64,000 nucleotides of DNA from an uncultured Clostridia bacterium (GTDB lineage Bacteria; Bacillota; Clostridia; Oscillospirales; Ruminococcaceae), in assembly GCA_947166275.1 (NCBI GenBank), contig CAMVDP010000005.1:842-64841 (forward strand), read 5' to 3'. Positions 9,101 through 19,283 of the stretch are shown piece after piece (position 1 is the first letter of the stretch; every line of letters starts with the position of its first letter). The translations under genes were made by a program, and so were the position numbers. The notes beneath the pieces were generated by a model that saw nothing but the letters and a program-made list of their open reading frames with translations, ran no database searches and was not told the origin of the DNA.

Positions 9101-11345
9101 TGTCAATAAACTCGTCCTTTTCATGCAGCTTTATAAAATCACAGAGCGCTTTCAGGTCTTTCTCCGTCTGCTTGCATGAATTGCAAGCTCCCGGTTTCAG
9201 CTTGCTAAATAATCCTTTCCGATAATTATCGGGGTACACCTTCGCGCCGACTTCCGACTCCGGGAAATACCGCATGAACGTATCAACACATTCACGGGTA
9301 AGCTCGTTATCCGGTATCTCAGGGATATACTCGTCCTCGTCGGTGTAGAGCGGCTTCGCGGGCGCGTCAGACTTCACGCTGTCGGAGGGTGAAATACTGT
9401 CGAGCAGTATCTTCTCCTTTGTGGTCGGTGAGGTCATGGACTTGGTGAGTTCTCTGCACCGTGCGAACAGTTCGCTGCGTTTTTCGTCCTTCGACAGGTT
9501 CATTATCATATCGAGGGCGGCGGTGCGCTTTTCCTCCTTTTTGTCGGAGATAAGCCGGGAAACGCTTCCGTACAGCGCGTTGTCGTCCTGCTTCATCAGC
9601 AGCTTTATCAGGTTTTCACGCGCATCGGCAGCCTTGTATTTCAGAAGTTCTTCCATTTGCAGATAGTTTTCCGGCGGAAGCTTGCATGACTGCACGATCT
9701 CACAGGCTTGCTCTCGGGTGTATTCAGCCTTGTCACACAATGCGGAGACAAGCGTGCGGCGCTGAACGTCCGTTTCCGGCTGTATCAAAAGCAGCTTTAT
9801 AAGCCTGCTCCTTTCATATGGGTCGGCATCTGTGAGCATTTCACATACCTCGTCAATAAGCTCGTTCGAGTGCAGTGCGCTTGCGATGAATCCCATTCTT
9901 ACAACTGCATACCCGCGCTCGACAAAGTTTGAGAACCATGGAAACACAAACGGCGAGAACTCCTGCTTTCTGCCCTTAATATTGCCGCAGATAGTTTTCA
10001 GAATATCATAGTATTTCCGTGCTTCCGCTTCGTCCTTGAAATACGTTTCAAGCTTGCAGTAATGGCGTTTTGTGTAGTCGGACTGACGGGTCTGCGGGTT
10101 AAGTCCGGACTGGCGATAGTCTCCGAGAACACTTACGATCTCGTTGCTGACATTATTCATGAAAAAGCGCAGATACCCCGCCATAAGTTCGATATCATCG
10201 TAATGCTCCGCAACGACCTGCGCCCCGACCTCGTGGGAGAGAGCGCTGTTGTTGAGCAAATTTACCGAGTAAGACGCGGTGAGAAGCTGATGCCGCGTAC
10301 CGTTTTTTGAGATCTCGCGTATCTTCACCACAAGGTCGCGGCTCTCGTAAAATCCCAGTGACCACAGCCCGATGTGAATTTTCATCGAGTCCTCGGAGTT
10401 CAGATATTCTTCCCGCTTTGCCGGGTCAGTAAGACAATCGGTTATCAGAGCTATCGACTTGTCGCTTATACGTTCGAGCTTTACGGTCTCCTCCTCCGCA
10501 AATCCGAGCCATGTGCCTACCGCGCGCTTGACCGATGAAAAGCGGATAAAGTTGTTCTCATTGATAACGCCGAGCAGATACAGGAACGCTTCGGGAGTAC
10601 CCTCGTCCATTGTCTCGCATATTGACTGGCGCAGTCCCTCCTGCAAACGTGCGGCACACAGCAGTCGTCCGAGAAGCTCGTGCAGAGCGTGGTTGTGGCT
10701 CTTGACAATTGCGCGGAACATCAGACGATCAATTGCTATATCGTTTTCGCCGTTAATGATGTCGGTGAGCAGGGTTATCAGACGCTCATTCCCGAAGTCT
10801 ATCTCGGCGGCGGCAAGATCGTCAAAGCAGTAAGGAAGGCTTGACACGCCGAGCTTATATCCGAGCTCCTCTTCGGTCAGCTTGTCTTCAAGATAATCAC
10901 AGATATCGTCGGGTACGGAGTCCCATTCCTTAAAGTCATGGATAGCATTGATAACACAGTTTGCGACGATCATCGGATCGCGGGAACGCAGAGAACGCCG
11001 CTGCCAACCGGTCGCGTAAATACGCTCGTGAACGTGGTCTATCGTGTATAAGAAATGCTTCTTGTGATTCGGGTTTATGTATCCGTTGAACAGCTCCGGA
11101 GCATGCTTTTCGATAAACTCCGAGGGCAGGTTCTTGTCGTTTTCCGCAAGATAAGCGATCATCTTTTTGCAAAGTGCGCCGCCTACCCGGAATTCATAGA
11201 AATAGTTGCAGTGATCTCCGATCAGCTTCTTTACATCATCGGGGAGCATTTTGAAACATTCCTGATGATACGCGGTACGCTTTTCTCTGTACACATCTCC
11301 GAGTTTCTTTAACCTTGCCTTTTCCTCTGCCGAATACTGCTTCAT
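6151..11345 (-). pseudogene. Giant DUF4132-domain protein (~1730 aa if restored), split by a 1-nt frameshift at ~6612
   Basis: ORF 6576..11363 (likely start 11345, RBS GGAGG) ends APTLEW-W; other frame continues VAFYDRKTGK…FSEVMRDVDLAVSVAH; QPFKQVFRELY and VAHP motifs recalled from DUF4132. Confidence 0.8.
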
Positions 11346-11356
11346 TGCTGTCCTCC

Positions 11357-11776
11357 TTACCACATTCTTCCCGCGAGCATAACGAGCCGTATGAACGTAA
11401 CCTCGCTGCCCTCGCTTATGCTCACCGTGCTGTCGATCTCTCCCGCTTCATCTTCACCTATGAATACCCGGAACAAGCCGTCCTCATACGCCTGATATGC
11501 GTCCGCGACCGCCTTTTCCTCATCAGGAAGCTTTTCGCCGTAGTTTATGCCGAAAGCTATCTTGCCTATCTCGCTCATATCGGCTATTTGCTCCGATGTT
11601 AGCGGGTCCGGCGTATCGCTTTTTTCAGCCCGTTCAACGTACCGGGAAACGCAGGTGCGAACACATTCGCGTATCAGCTCGCGCACGGTTTTGGGACTGC
11701 ACGACAACGGAAAATCAACTCCCGTGATCTTGTTTTTCTTTTTGCCGAGCTGCTTGATGTTTACTTTGATGTTCAT
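11357..11776 (-). CDS. Hypothetical protein with ubiquitin/MoaD-like C-terminal half
   Basis: 139 aa; FRVFIGEDE…IDSTVSISEGSEVTFIRLVMLAGRMW; ATGA-coupled to upstream gene. Confidence 0.75.
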   Translation of the reverse strand: MNIKVNIKQLGKKKNKITGVDFPLSCSPKTVRELIRECVRTCVSRYVERAEKSDTPDPLTSEQIADMSEIGKIAFGINYGEKLPDEEKAVADAYQAYEDGLFRVFIGEDEAGEIDSTVSISEGSEVTFIRLVMLAGRMW

Positions 11777-14046
11777 TTGTTGTCCTCCCGAAGAAGCAGA
11801 TAAAGATCATCGGCGTAATAAATATCGTTATCATCCATAAAAATCCCGAAGTAATACACATCGCCGGGAATTACCTCAACCTTATCACCTATGATGAACT
11901 GCGTCACATTCTTGTCCTTGTTCTCAACGACACCTGTTTTACCGTCCTTTTCGAGCGCAACATGAAGCCATGTCTGTTGTTCATCTCCGTCCTCGTCGGT
12001 GTATATGACATCTATTCCCGCTCTCATTCCGCAGTCGTGCGTTTTGAAGTATTCCAGCGCGTACGGGAAAAGGCTGCGGCTCCTTATACGCTCCAGATCC
12101 ATTGATTTATAGTTCTGTCGCGGGGTCAGTTTATCCATGTCCTCGTCGGAAATCTTGTTTATCGCAATTCCTTCACTGTTCTTTGTCAGATAAATGACCG
12201 GCTCGGCAAATATCCTGTCACTGTCGGAGAATTTTCTCTGCTTCCATGTGAACCGCATATACCCTTGATCGTCATACAGTATCCCACTGTTCATGGACGT
12301 GCCCTCGTCGGGCAGCGGCGAGAACGATAACGCTTCGACCAGCTTTCTGAGCAGCCATATCGTCTTTGAGTATTCCTCTCTTGTGACACCTATGACGGCA
12401 AGCTCACGGGAGCCGAAAAGGCTGAGTCCCAACGACAGTACATCGACCGTTCCGGGTACCGCTTCGGAATTAAAAGTCCTGAGATCCAGACATTCCACGG
12501 CAACAGGCGGTGCACCGCTTATCACGACATATTTCAGCCATTCTGCCGGATATAAGACGCTGCCGATGATATTGCATAAAACGGGGCAGCCGTCGGTATT
12601 CATAGCGTCCGCGAGCACAGTCATTCTGCGGATATCCTCGTACCTGTCGGTATGTATATTGTCGGATATCAGTACAAGCATTTTTGTATAGTCGCCGATA
12701 TTGTCAAGCGTATGCTCCGGCAGATCGTAATAACAGTGGTATTCGGAAATGTCGGGTGCATCGGTACAGACCGCGCCGTACATAAGTCGCGTGCCGTCCT
12801 TGTCGGTTGCGGGAATATACGCGCTGTTTCCGCTCTCATCGGCATTCGCGCTGACATTATCAAACCCAAGCTTTTCCGTCAATACTTTCGCGATTTCATC
12901 AAACGCGGGAAGCTCATTTCTGAACAGAACGCCGATAGAAAATCGTTCCGGCGTTACCGTTCCGTGCAGCGGAAGTTCCAGCTTGCTTTCCGGCGCGTCG
13001 GGAAATTCAAAGCTCAGGATATCCGAAAACATCGTGTTGACGTTGCGCTTGTCGAACTTTCTTGCGAGATCGTCGGCAGCCTTGTAAAAATGCTCTTTCA
13101 GCTTCGCGGTTTCGTAATTTCTGTCAGGGTTATAAAGCTCGAAATCCGATGAAAGCTTTGAGTGCATCTCATTCACTCCCTGCTTTTCGAGAGCGCACAT
13201 AAGCCTGTACGCCGCCGCCGCGAACCAGAATTTTCCCGCGGGGTTTTTCGCTGTGCTGTACATTCCCGCAGCCTCGCAGAATATGTCATAAGCGCGGTGA
13301 ATGTCGGTCAGTGTCTTGACGAAGAGCACCCTTCCGAGCCGCAGCAAACACGCCGTCCATTCTTCCTTGTCGGTGAACCTTAGCATCATGTCGGCGTAGT
13401 AATCAGCTTCTTCATAATATCCGTTGACCGCAAGAAAATATGCGATATCCGCGAACAGTTCATTCGGAAATTCGCTGATATCATGCGTTTGCAGCAGCTT
13501 GTTGAGCCGGTCGAGTCCGGCCTTGATCTGCCCCGTGTACATATCCCTGTGTATGCGCGAGCTTTCTGCGTTGATGTCGTCCTCTGTTTTTACGGTTTCG
13601 TAAAGCTTCTCGAAATCAAGCATATACTCGGCTTCTTTTGCAGTTTCGATGAACTCATAGGCTACCGACTTGCGCAGGTGATACTGCGTCATATCATAGC
13701 CGTACTTTTTCAGAAATTCCCCGAAACGTTCGATATAGCTGTCTATCTGTTCGCGCGTTACCTGCCAGTATTTCGAGCAGTCCTCGATCATCCACTCGAA
13801 CGGATATAAAGCGCAGTCGGGATCGACAACGTCCGGGTTTTCCTCATACAGCTTCAAAAACTCCGGGAACATCAGTATCATCTGATATTTGTCGCCATAA
13901 AATGTCGATTCCTGCATATAGTCGTGCCGCAGTGTGAGCATTTCACGGATGTTCTTTTCATTGTCCGCTTCGGCGATGCACTTTTTCAGATAAGCAAGCC
14001 TTTCCTCGCCGCGCGCAAGTGTGCAAAGATAATTATAGTCAAACAT
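11773..14046 (-). CDS. TPR-like helical protein with DUF4026-like C-terminus, paralog 2
   Basis: 757 aa; aligns end to end with 14060..16303 (YLKKCIAEADNEKNI, GLS.FGSREL, LPDEG..MNSGI). Confidence 0.8.
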   Translation of the reverse strand: MFDYNYLCTLARGEERLAYLKKCIAEADNEKNIREMLTLRHDYMQESTFYGDKYQMILMFPEFLKLYEENPDVVDPDCALYPFEWMIEDCSKYWQVTREQIDSYIERFGEFLKKYGYDMTQYHLRKSVAYEFIETAKEAEYMLDFEKLYETVKTEDDINAESSRIHRDMYTGQIKAGLDRLNKLLQTHDISEFPNELFADIAYFLAVNGYYEEADYYADMMLRFTDKEEWTACLLRLGRVLFVKTLTDIHRAYDIFCEAAGMYSTAKNPAGKFWFAAAAYRLMCALEKQGVNEMHSKLSSDFELYNPDRNYETAKLKEHFYKAADDLARKFDKRNVNTMFSDILSFEFPDAPESKLELPLHGTVTPERFSIGVLFRNELPAFDEIAKVLTEKLGFDNVSANADESGNSAYIPATDKDGTRLMYGAVCTDAPDISEYHCYYDLPEHTLDNIGDYTKMLVLISDNIHTDRYEDIRRMTVLADAMNTDGCPVLCNIIGSVLYPAEWLKYVVISGAPPVAVECLDLRTFNSEAVPGTVDVLSLGLSLFGSRELAVIGVTREEYSKTIWLLRKLVEALSFSPLPDEGTSMNSGILYDDQGYMRFTWKQRKFSDSDRIFAEPVIYLTKNSEGIAINKISDEDMDKLTPRQNYKSMDLERIRSRSLFPYALEYFKTHDCGMRAGIDVIYTDEDGDEQQTWLHVALEKDGKTGVVENKDKNVTQFIIGDKVEVIPGDVYYFGIFMDDNDIYYADDLYLLLREDNK

Positions 14047-14059
14047 TTTTGTTTACCTC

Positions 14060-16303
14060 TCAGAATAAAGTCCAAAGATCGTCAGCTTCGTATTTTTCCC
14101 CGTTTTCTTCTATGCAGAACCAATAAACATCATCGGGCTCGATGTAAACAACATCACCGTCTTTCGGAGAAGCGTAGTGCGAATCTGTAACTATACCCGT
14201 TTCTCCGCCGTTCTGAACGTTCAGATCGACATATATCTGTATCCCGCTGCTGTCGATATATTTCACGGCGGCAGTAAGCTTACAGCCGTGCGTTTTGAAA
14301 TATTCCAGCGCATACGGATAAAGGTTCTTTGCGCGCCGATCGGCAAATTCCGCCGCTCGTCTGTGCATTCTCGGAACAGCGTTCTCTTTCAGCTCATCCG
14401 CAAGCTCGGTCACGGTCTTTCCTTTTTTGTGACGTGATGTAAGCAGCAGAAGCGGCTCCGCATAGACCGTACCGTCGTCTGTCGTGACCGATCTCCATGT
14501 AAGGCGGATAAACGAATCGTTCTTATAGACTATCCCGCTGTTCATGGTAACGCCCTCGTCCGGAAGTGACGAGAACGACACAGCTTCAGCAAGCTTAAGC
14601 ATAAAGCTCCAATAAAACCATTTTTCATCATCATCGGGAACATCGCGTATGATAAGCTCGCGCGAGCCGAAGTATGACAGCCCGTCGGTTATGATATCCG
14701 TGCTGTCGGGAGCGGTGAGTCCGTGGACAAACGAGCATTTTATCATATTCTCTGACTGAGGCGGCGTGTCGCTCAGAGCACAGTATTTCAGCCAGTCCGA
14801 CCAATGCCATTTGTTGTTCGGTAAGCTGAAAAAGATCCTTGCATCGTCGGTATTCAGCGCGTCCGCGGTACGAAAAAGCAGCCGCATATCCTCAAATCTG
14901 TCGAGGTGAGTGTTGTCGGATATGACTATCAGCAGTGTCTTATACTCGTCGATATTCCCGAACATACCGCGCGCGTATTGGTTGGGGTGGGTCTCGCGCA
15001 TATCGGGAGCGGCAGTAAACACGGCGCGGAATTTGTACTTCCTGTTTCTGTCGTCGTACATGGTCATATACGCCATTCCGTTTTCGTCAAGGTCGCAGTT
15101 CACGTCCATGCAGTTTGCGATATTTTTGATAATACCGGATATTTCATCGAGCGAGGGCGCCGCTTCACGCGAACGGAAAAGCACGCCTACCCCGCCCGGC
15201 TCGGGTGTATGGCTGCCATGAACGGGAAGCTCAATATCCGCGCTTTCGGCAGGCTCGGGAAACTCAAACGCGAGCTCATCGGAAAACATATTGTTACCGT
15301 TTCTGTCATCGAATTTTTTAGCTATGTCCTTGGCAGTATTGTAAAAATGCTCTTTGAGCGCAGAAACACTATACTTTCTGTCCGCGCTGAAAAGCTCGAA
15401 ATCCGGTGACAGCTTCGGCTGCACTTCATCTATCCCGTGCTTTTCAAAAGCGGCAAACAAGCGATACGCGGCAGCGGCAAACCCGAATCTGAGCGACGGG
15501 GTCTTCAGCGTGCTGTATCTTCCCGCGTTCTCACAGAACAGGTCAAACGCGCAGTTCGGAGCGGTAACGGTCTTGACGTTTATGACATACGCTATCTCGC
15601 GCATGAACGCGACTTCGTTCCCCTTTATCATAGGCAGCATAAGGTCGGCGTAGTGGTCGGCTTCATTGTACATTCCGCGTTTTGCGAACTCATACGCGAA
15701 CGCGCCGTATGTCACCTGCGGCACCTCGGTGCAGGTCATTTCCTTTGCCTGCATCTCGTTGAGCAGCTTTACGGCAGTTGCCGCCGAGCCGTACCGCATC
15801 TGCATTATCGCGCGCTGGCTCGCTTCACACGCGGCGCAGTCGCTCAGATCGGACCGCTTGTACCTGTCGAACCGTTCATAAGCATCTATGGCGGTCTTCC
15901 GGTCTATATACCGGTACACCAAAGTTTTTTTCAGATAGTAGGTGCGCATGGTATATCCGTACTTCCCGATATACTTCTCAAACCGCTCGAAGTAGCGCTC
16001 TATCTGCTCCCGAGACACCTGATAATAGTCAACGCACTCCTCGATAATCCACTTGAACGCGATCATGAAATCCGACGGGCTGATAACATCCGGATTGTCC
16101 TCGAACAGCTTCATAAACTCGGGAAATATGACCATTGCCTTGAACGGATCGTCGTAGAATGTTGCCTGTGCGATGTACTCGCCGCGCAGTTCCAGCATAT
16201 CCTTTATGTTCTTTTCGTTGTCCGCTTCGGCAATGCACTTTTTCAGATATATAAGGCTTTCCTCGCCGTCGGAAAGTGTACGGTAATATTCTTTGTCAAA
16301 CAT
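14060..16303 (-). CDS. TPR-like helical protein with SDCxxCE motif and DUF4026-like C-terminus, paralog 1
   Basis: 747 aa; LSDCAACE, TCTEVP; starts 1 nt after HSP90 stop. Confidence 0.8.
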   Translation of the reverse strand: MFDKEYYRTLSDGEESLIYLKKCIAEADNEKNIKDMLELRGEYIAQATFYDDPFKAMVIFPEFMKLFEDNPDVISPSDFMIAFKWIIEECVDYYQVSREQIERYFERFEKYIGKYGYTMRTYYLKKTLVYRYIDRKTAIDAYERFDRYKRSDLSDCAACEASQRAIMQMRYGSAATAVKLLNEMQAKEMTCTEVPQVTYGAFAYEFAKRGMYNEADHYADLMLPMIKGNEVAFMREIAYVINVKTVTAPNCAFDLFCENAGRYSTLKTPSLRFGFAAAAYRLFAAFEKHGIDEVQPKLSPDFELFSADRKYSVSALKEHFYNTAKDIAKKFDDRNGNNMFSDELAFEFPEPAESADIELPVHGSHTPEPGGVGVLFRSREAAPSLDEISGIIKNIANCMDVNCDLDENGMAYMTMYDDRNRKYKFRAVFTAAPDMRETHPNQYARGMFGNIDEYKTLLIVISDNTHLDRFEDMRLLFRTADALNTDDARIFFSLPNNKWHWSDWLKYCALSDTPPQSENMIKCSFVHGLTAPDSTDIITDGLSYFGSRELIIRDVPDDDEKWFYWSFMLKLAEAVSFSSLPDEGVTMNSGIVYKNDSFIRLTWRSVTTDDGTVYAEPLLLLTSRHKKGKTVTELADELKENAVPRMHRRAAEFADRRAKNLYPYALEYFKTHGCKLTAAVKYIDSSGIQIYVDLNVQNGGETGIVTDSHYASPKDGDVVYIEPDDVYWFCIEENGEKYEADDLWTLF

Positions 16304-16304
16304 T

Positions 16305-18059
16305 TCAGATCCCCCATTCTATCAGCTTTATCAGATTTTCGTTCATTATGTTCATCTCGCGCGAATATACGGGATATCCGCCCGCGATAAGTGACTGTAC
16401 ATAAAGGATAAGCGCAAAGGTGCGGAGCTTTTCATCGTCGTTTACCTCGGAAAGCCTGTTTATCAGGTCGTTGGAGCAGTTCAGATACAGCACTGTCTTC
16501 GCATCCTCCGAGATCTCCTCGCCGAAAGCTTCGAGCATATCCGCGAACATAGCGTCGCTGTGTTCCTTTGAGCGCTCGATGTCGCGTTTGAGCTGCGCGT
16601 CGGCGTTTGAGCTGTACAGACACGCAAGCTGTTCCGCAAAGCTTTTCATCACTATACGGCAGTCATACTTTTCAAGCGATTTTGAAAACATCTTCATTAG
16701 CTTCGTGTAGCGTTCCTCGTGAAAGCACTCGTCAAGGCTGTCCTCGATGATGTTCTCGCGAAGTGGCTGAGCGTCGATGATATCACGTTTTGACGCGAAC
16801 AACAGCAGATTCTTGATATGCACATAGCCTGCGTTCACGAGCAATATATCCTGCTCCGCGAATATCGGGCGTATCTGTCGGAAAATATCGATGTCGGGGG
16901 TATAAAAAACGGTCTTGTCATAATCGATAAGCTGTTCTCCCGTCAATACACCGAGACTTGTTTCAAACTCGAAATACGGCATGAATATGTCGAATATCCG
17001 CTCGTTCTCGCAGGCTATGGATTTGAGCGCCGTGCCGTGCAGCTCACCTATCTTTTCGAGCAGCCCCCTGTCTCTGAATGACAGCCGTTCGAGGTACTCC
17101 GCGATGCAGTCGGATATCTCCTCCTTCGCGTCCTCAAGAAGCTTGTCCTTGTAGAAATCCTCGCGTGAGGCAGTCGGGCGAAGCTTGTTCGTATTTATTA
17201 TGCAGCGCACGAAAAACGCCCACTCCGGGAGCAGTGCAGAACCGTTCTCCGTGAGCAGCAGATTTTTGAGATATATCCGATGCCGTTTATCTCCGCCCGC
17301 TGCCGAGACCGTGTACGGCAATATGTACGCTGCGCCGCTGAAAAGCCCGGTCGGGGATTCGAGCGGTATGTAGTCTATGAAATCGGAATCCGCGCCGAAT
17401 ACCGCCCTGCCTGCTTCGAGCATAGCTTTGCGGGTGTTATCGCCGCCTATCGACCTGAATATGACATTTGCCTGCACACGCTCTTTACCTTCTTCCGAAA
17501 CATATATCGGATACGGCAGAGGAAGCGCGTAGTACCTTGCCTTGTCGGCGAGAAAGTCCGCGTCAAAGTATTTCTCATACCCGGGTTTGCAGCTGAATGC
17601 TATCTGCGTTCCGACCGGAATATCGGCATCAGTGCTCATTACCGAATATCTTCCGTCCGCGAAGCCGTGCCACTCAACAGCATATTTCGGTGCTTTCAGA
17701 GACCTTGAGCGCAGTATTATCTCGTCGGTTACTATAAAGCAGGATAACAGACCTATGCCGAAACGCCCGATATAGCTCGTGTCACCGCGTTTTGAGGACT
17801 GTCCTATGACAGACACGAACTTATGTATCTCTTCCTCGGTCAGCCCGATTCCGTTGTCGATGAAGGTTATGGTCTTGTTCTTCTTCACGGTCACAGATAT
17901 CTCGCCTTTTGTTCCGTTTTCCTTCTCCGCCCTCATGCTTATTGCGTCCGCGCCGTTCTGGATAAGCTCACGCAGGAATACATCGGGACTGCTGTATAAA
18001 TGCTCGGACAGTATCGAGATCATTCCGCCGAGATCAACGCTGAATTGATAATCGTTCAT
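16305..18059 (-). CDS. HSP90-family (HtpG-like) protein, non-canonical paralog
   Basis: LYSSPDVFLRELIQNGADA, DNGIGL, IGRFGIG, LRPTASRE GHKL/HSP90 motifs. Confidence 0.92.
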   Translation of the reverse strand: MNDYQFSVDLGGMISILSEHLYSSPDVFLRELIQNGADAISMRAEKENGTKGEISVTVKKNKTITFIDNGIGLTEEEIHKFVSVIGQSSKRGDTSYIGRFGIGLLSCFIVTDEIILRSRSLKAPKYAVEWHGFADGRYSVMSTDADIPVGTQIAFSCKPGYEKYFDADFLADKARYYALPLPYPIYVSEEGKERVQANVIFRSIGGDNTRKAMLEAGRAVFGADSDFIDYIPLESPTGLFSGAAYILPYTVSAAGGDKRHRIYLKNLLLTENGSALLPEWAFFVRCIINTNKLRPTASREDFYKDKLLEDAKEEISDCIAEYLERLSFRDRGLLEKIGELHGTALKSIACENERIFDIFMPYFEFETSLGVLTGEQLIDYDKTVFYTPDIDIFRQIRPIFAEQDILLVNAGYVHIKNLLLFASKRDIIDAQPLRENIIEDSLDECFHEERYTKLMKMFSKSLEKYDCRIVMKSFAEQLACLYSSNADAQLKRDIERSKEHSDAMFADMLEAFGEEISEDAKTVLYLNCSNDLINRLSEVNDDEKLRTFALILYVQSLIAGGYPVYSREMNIMNENLIKLIEWGI

Positions 18060-18110
18060 CTGATTTCCTTTCGGGTTATCATATTTGTGGATAAAGCGCC
18101 CACAAATCCT

Positions 18111-18139
18111 ATTATATCACATATTTCCCGTATTTACAA
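18111..18139 (-). promoter_or_regulatory. Sigma-A promoter of HSP90 operon
   Basis: TTGTAA-N17-TATAAT with TG; 5'UTR hairpin atttgtgg/ccacaaat at 18083-18107. Confidence 0.65.
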
Positions 18140-18165
18140 CACCGTTCGTCCGTAATATATAGTAC

Positions 18166-18200
18166 AAGCTTCGTACTGGGCAGAACGCAGCACGAAGCTT
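18166..18200. terminator. Hairpin after M50-like pair
   Basis: aagcttcgt…acgaagctt inverted repeat. Confidence 0.5.
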
Positions 18201-18232
18201 CATTATATCAACATTTTTACAAATCTTCGTCT

Positions 18233-19273
18233 TCACGCGCCTTCACTTTTCAATATCTCATCAAGCTCATTTATAAGTCCCGGTTCAAGCCTGTTCTCGG
18301 TCTCATACGCAATTCTTCTTGCCTTGTCGAGATAGTATCTGGCTTTATTAACATCGTGCAGCACAGCATAGGAATAATACGCGAGAGCACGCTTTGACCC
18401 CGCACCTGTATCGGTCGCAAGCGCAGTTCCCGCCTTATCGTAAAACTTCCGGGCATATTCCTCGTCAGTCTCAAGCCATGAATAATAGTAGATAAGCAAG
18501 CCGTAGGAGTTTATACAGTTCGCCAAAAAGTCCTCGGAACGAAGCATATCGGTCATTTTATGCATCGGCTCGGAAAGCTTTTGCTCATCGCCGCGCATTA
18601 TCAGAGACACGCTGTAATAATACAAGTAAGCGAGAGTATCGACCGCGGAAGGCTCGTCCGGAAACTCAAGCTCGTTTAGCGGCGGAAGATTCATGCTTGT
18701 GATATCTGCGCCGTTTTTCACAGCAGTCTTTATCTTCTGAACATACCCACCGAGCGTATCCTTCGGGCTTCCGGCATGGGATATGAGGGCTATCACATCT
18801 CCTATAACCGCAGACCACGAGATAATGCAGAAGAAAACCACGAAGATAGCCCAGTCGGTGTCCGGATTAAAGGAAAGCTCATCCGGCGGCGCATCGGATA
18901 ATGCCGCAGACCACGCAGGCAGCGACAGTATTGTCACAATCGCCGACAAAACCGCTTTCGCTATCAATCTGCAAATAATAAAATGCGTATGCGACGCTGT
19001 AACGTCCGTGCTTCCTTTCTCCGTGACCGTGTATCTCACAAACGGCGTGTACGGTTGGTCGCCTTTTTGCCAGCGCCCGTTTACACGCTTGAATGAAAAG
19101 AATTTTACCGTGATCTTATCACATTCCAGCCCGAACCTCGGCAGCACAAACAGTAGAAACAATATGTGCAGCCCCTCAAATACTATGACCCCCAGCAGAA
19201 CGCCGAGAAGAAGATAAGGGAATTTCCCGTTTATTATTGAATATATCAGACCTCTTGCGCCTCTGTAGCTCAT
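18233..19273 (-). CDS. Membrane protein, peptidase-M50-like with TPR-like C-terminus (degenerate site FExxH)
   Basis: Likely start MSYRG at 19273 (RBS GGGGG); 3 TMs; paralog of 19284..20279. Confidence 0.7.
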   Translation of the reverse strand: MSYRGARGLIYSIINGKFPYLLLGVLLGVIVFEGLHILFLLFVLPRFGLECDKITVKFFSFKRVNGRWQKGDQPYTPFVRYTVTEKGSTDVTASHTHFIICRLIAKAVLSAIVTILSLPAWSAALSDAPPDELSFNPDTDWAIFVVFFCIISWSAVIGDVIALISHAGSPKDTLGGYVQKIKTAVKNGADITSMNLPPLNELEFPDEPSAVDTLAYLYYYSVSLIMRGDEQKLSEPMHKMTDMLRSEDFLANCINSYGLLIYYYSWLETDEEYARKFYDKAGTALATDTGAGSKRALAYYSYAVLHDVNKARYYLDKARRIAYETENRLEPGLINELDEILKSEGA

Positions 19274-19283
19274 AATTTCCCCC

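Noticed and set aside
1-11776. MoeB acting as E1 for the Ubl-like protein
   Set aside because: Separate promoter, 10 kb apart, and it carries its own fused carrier; no supporting evidence.
15437-16390. 317-aa plus-strand ORF
   Set aside because: Antisense to the TPR-like gene; codon-bias shadow.
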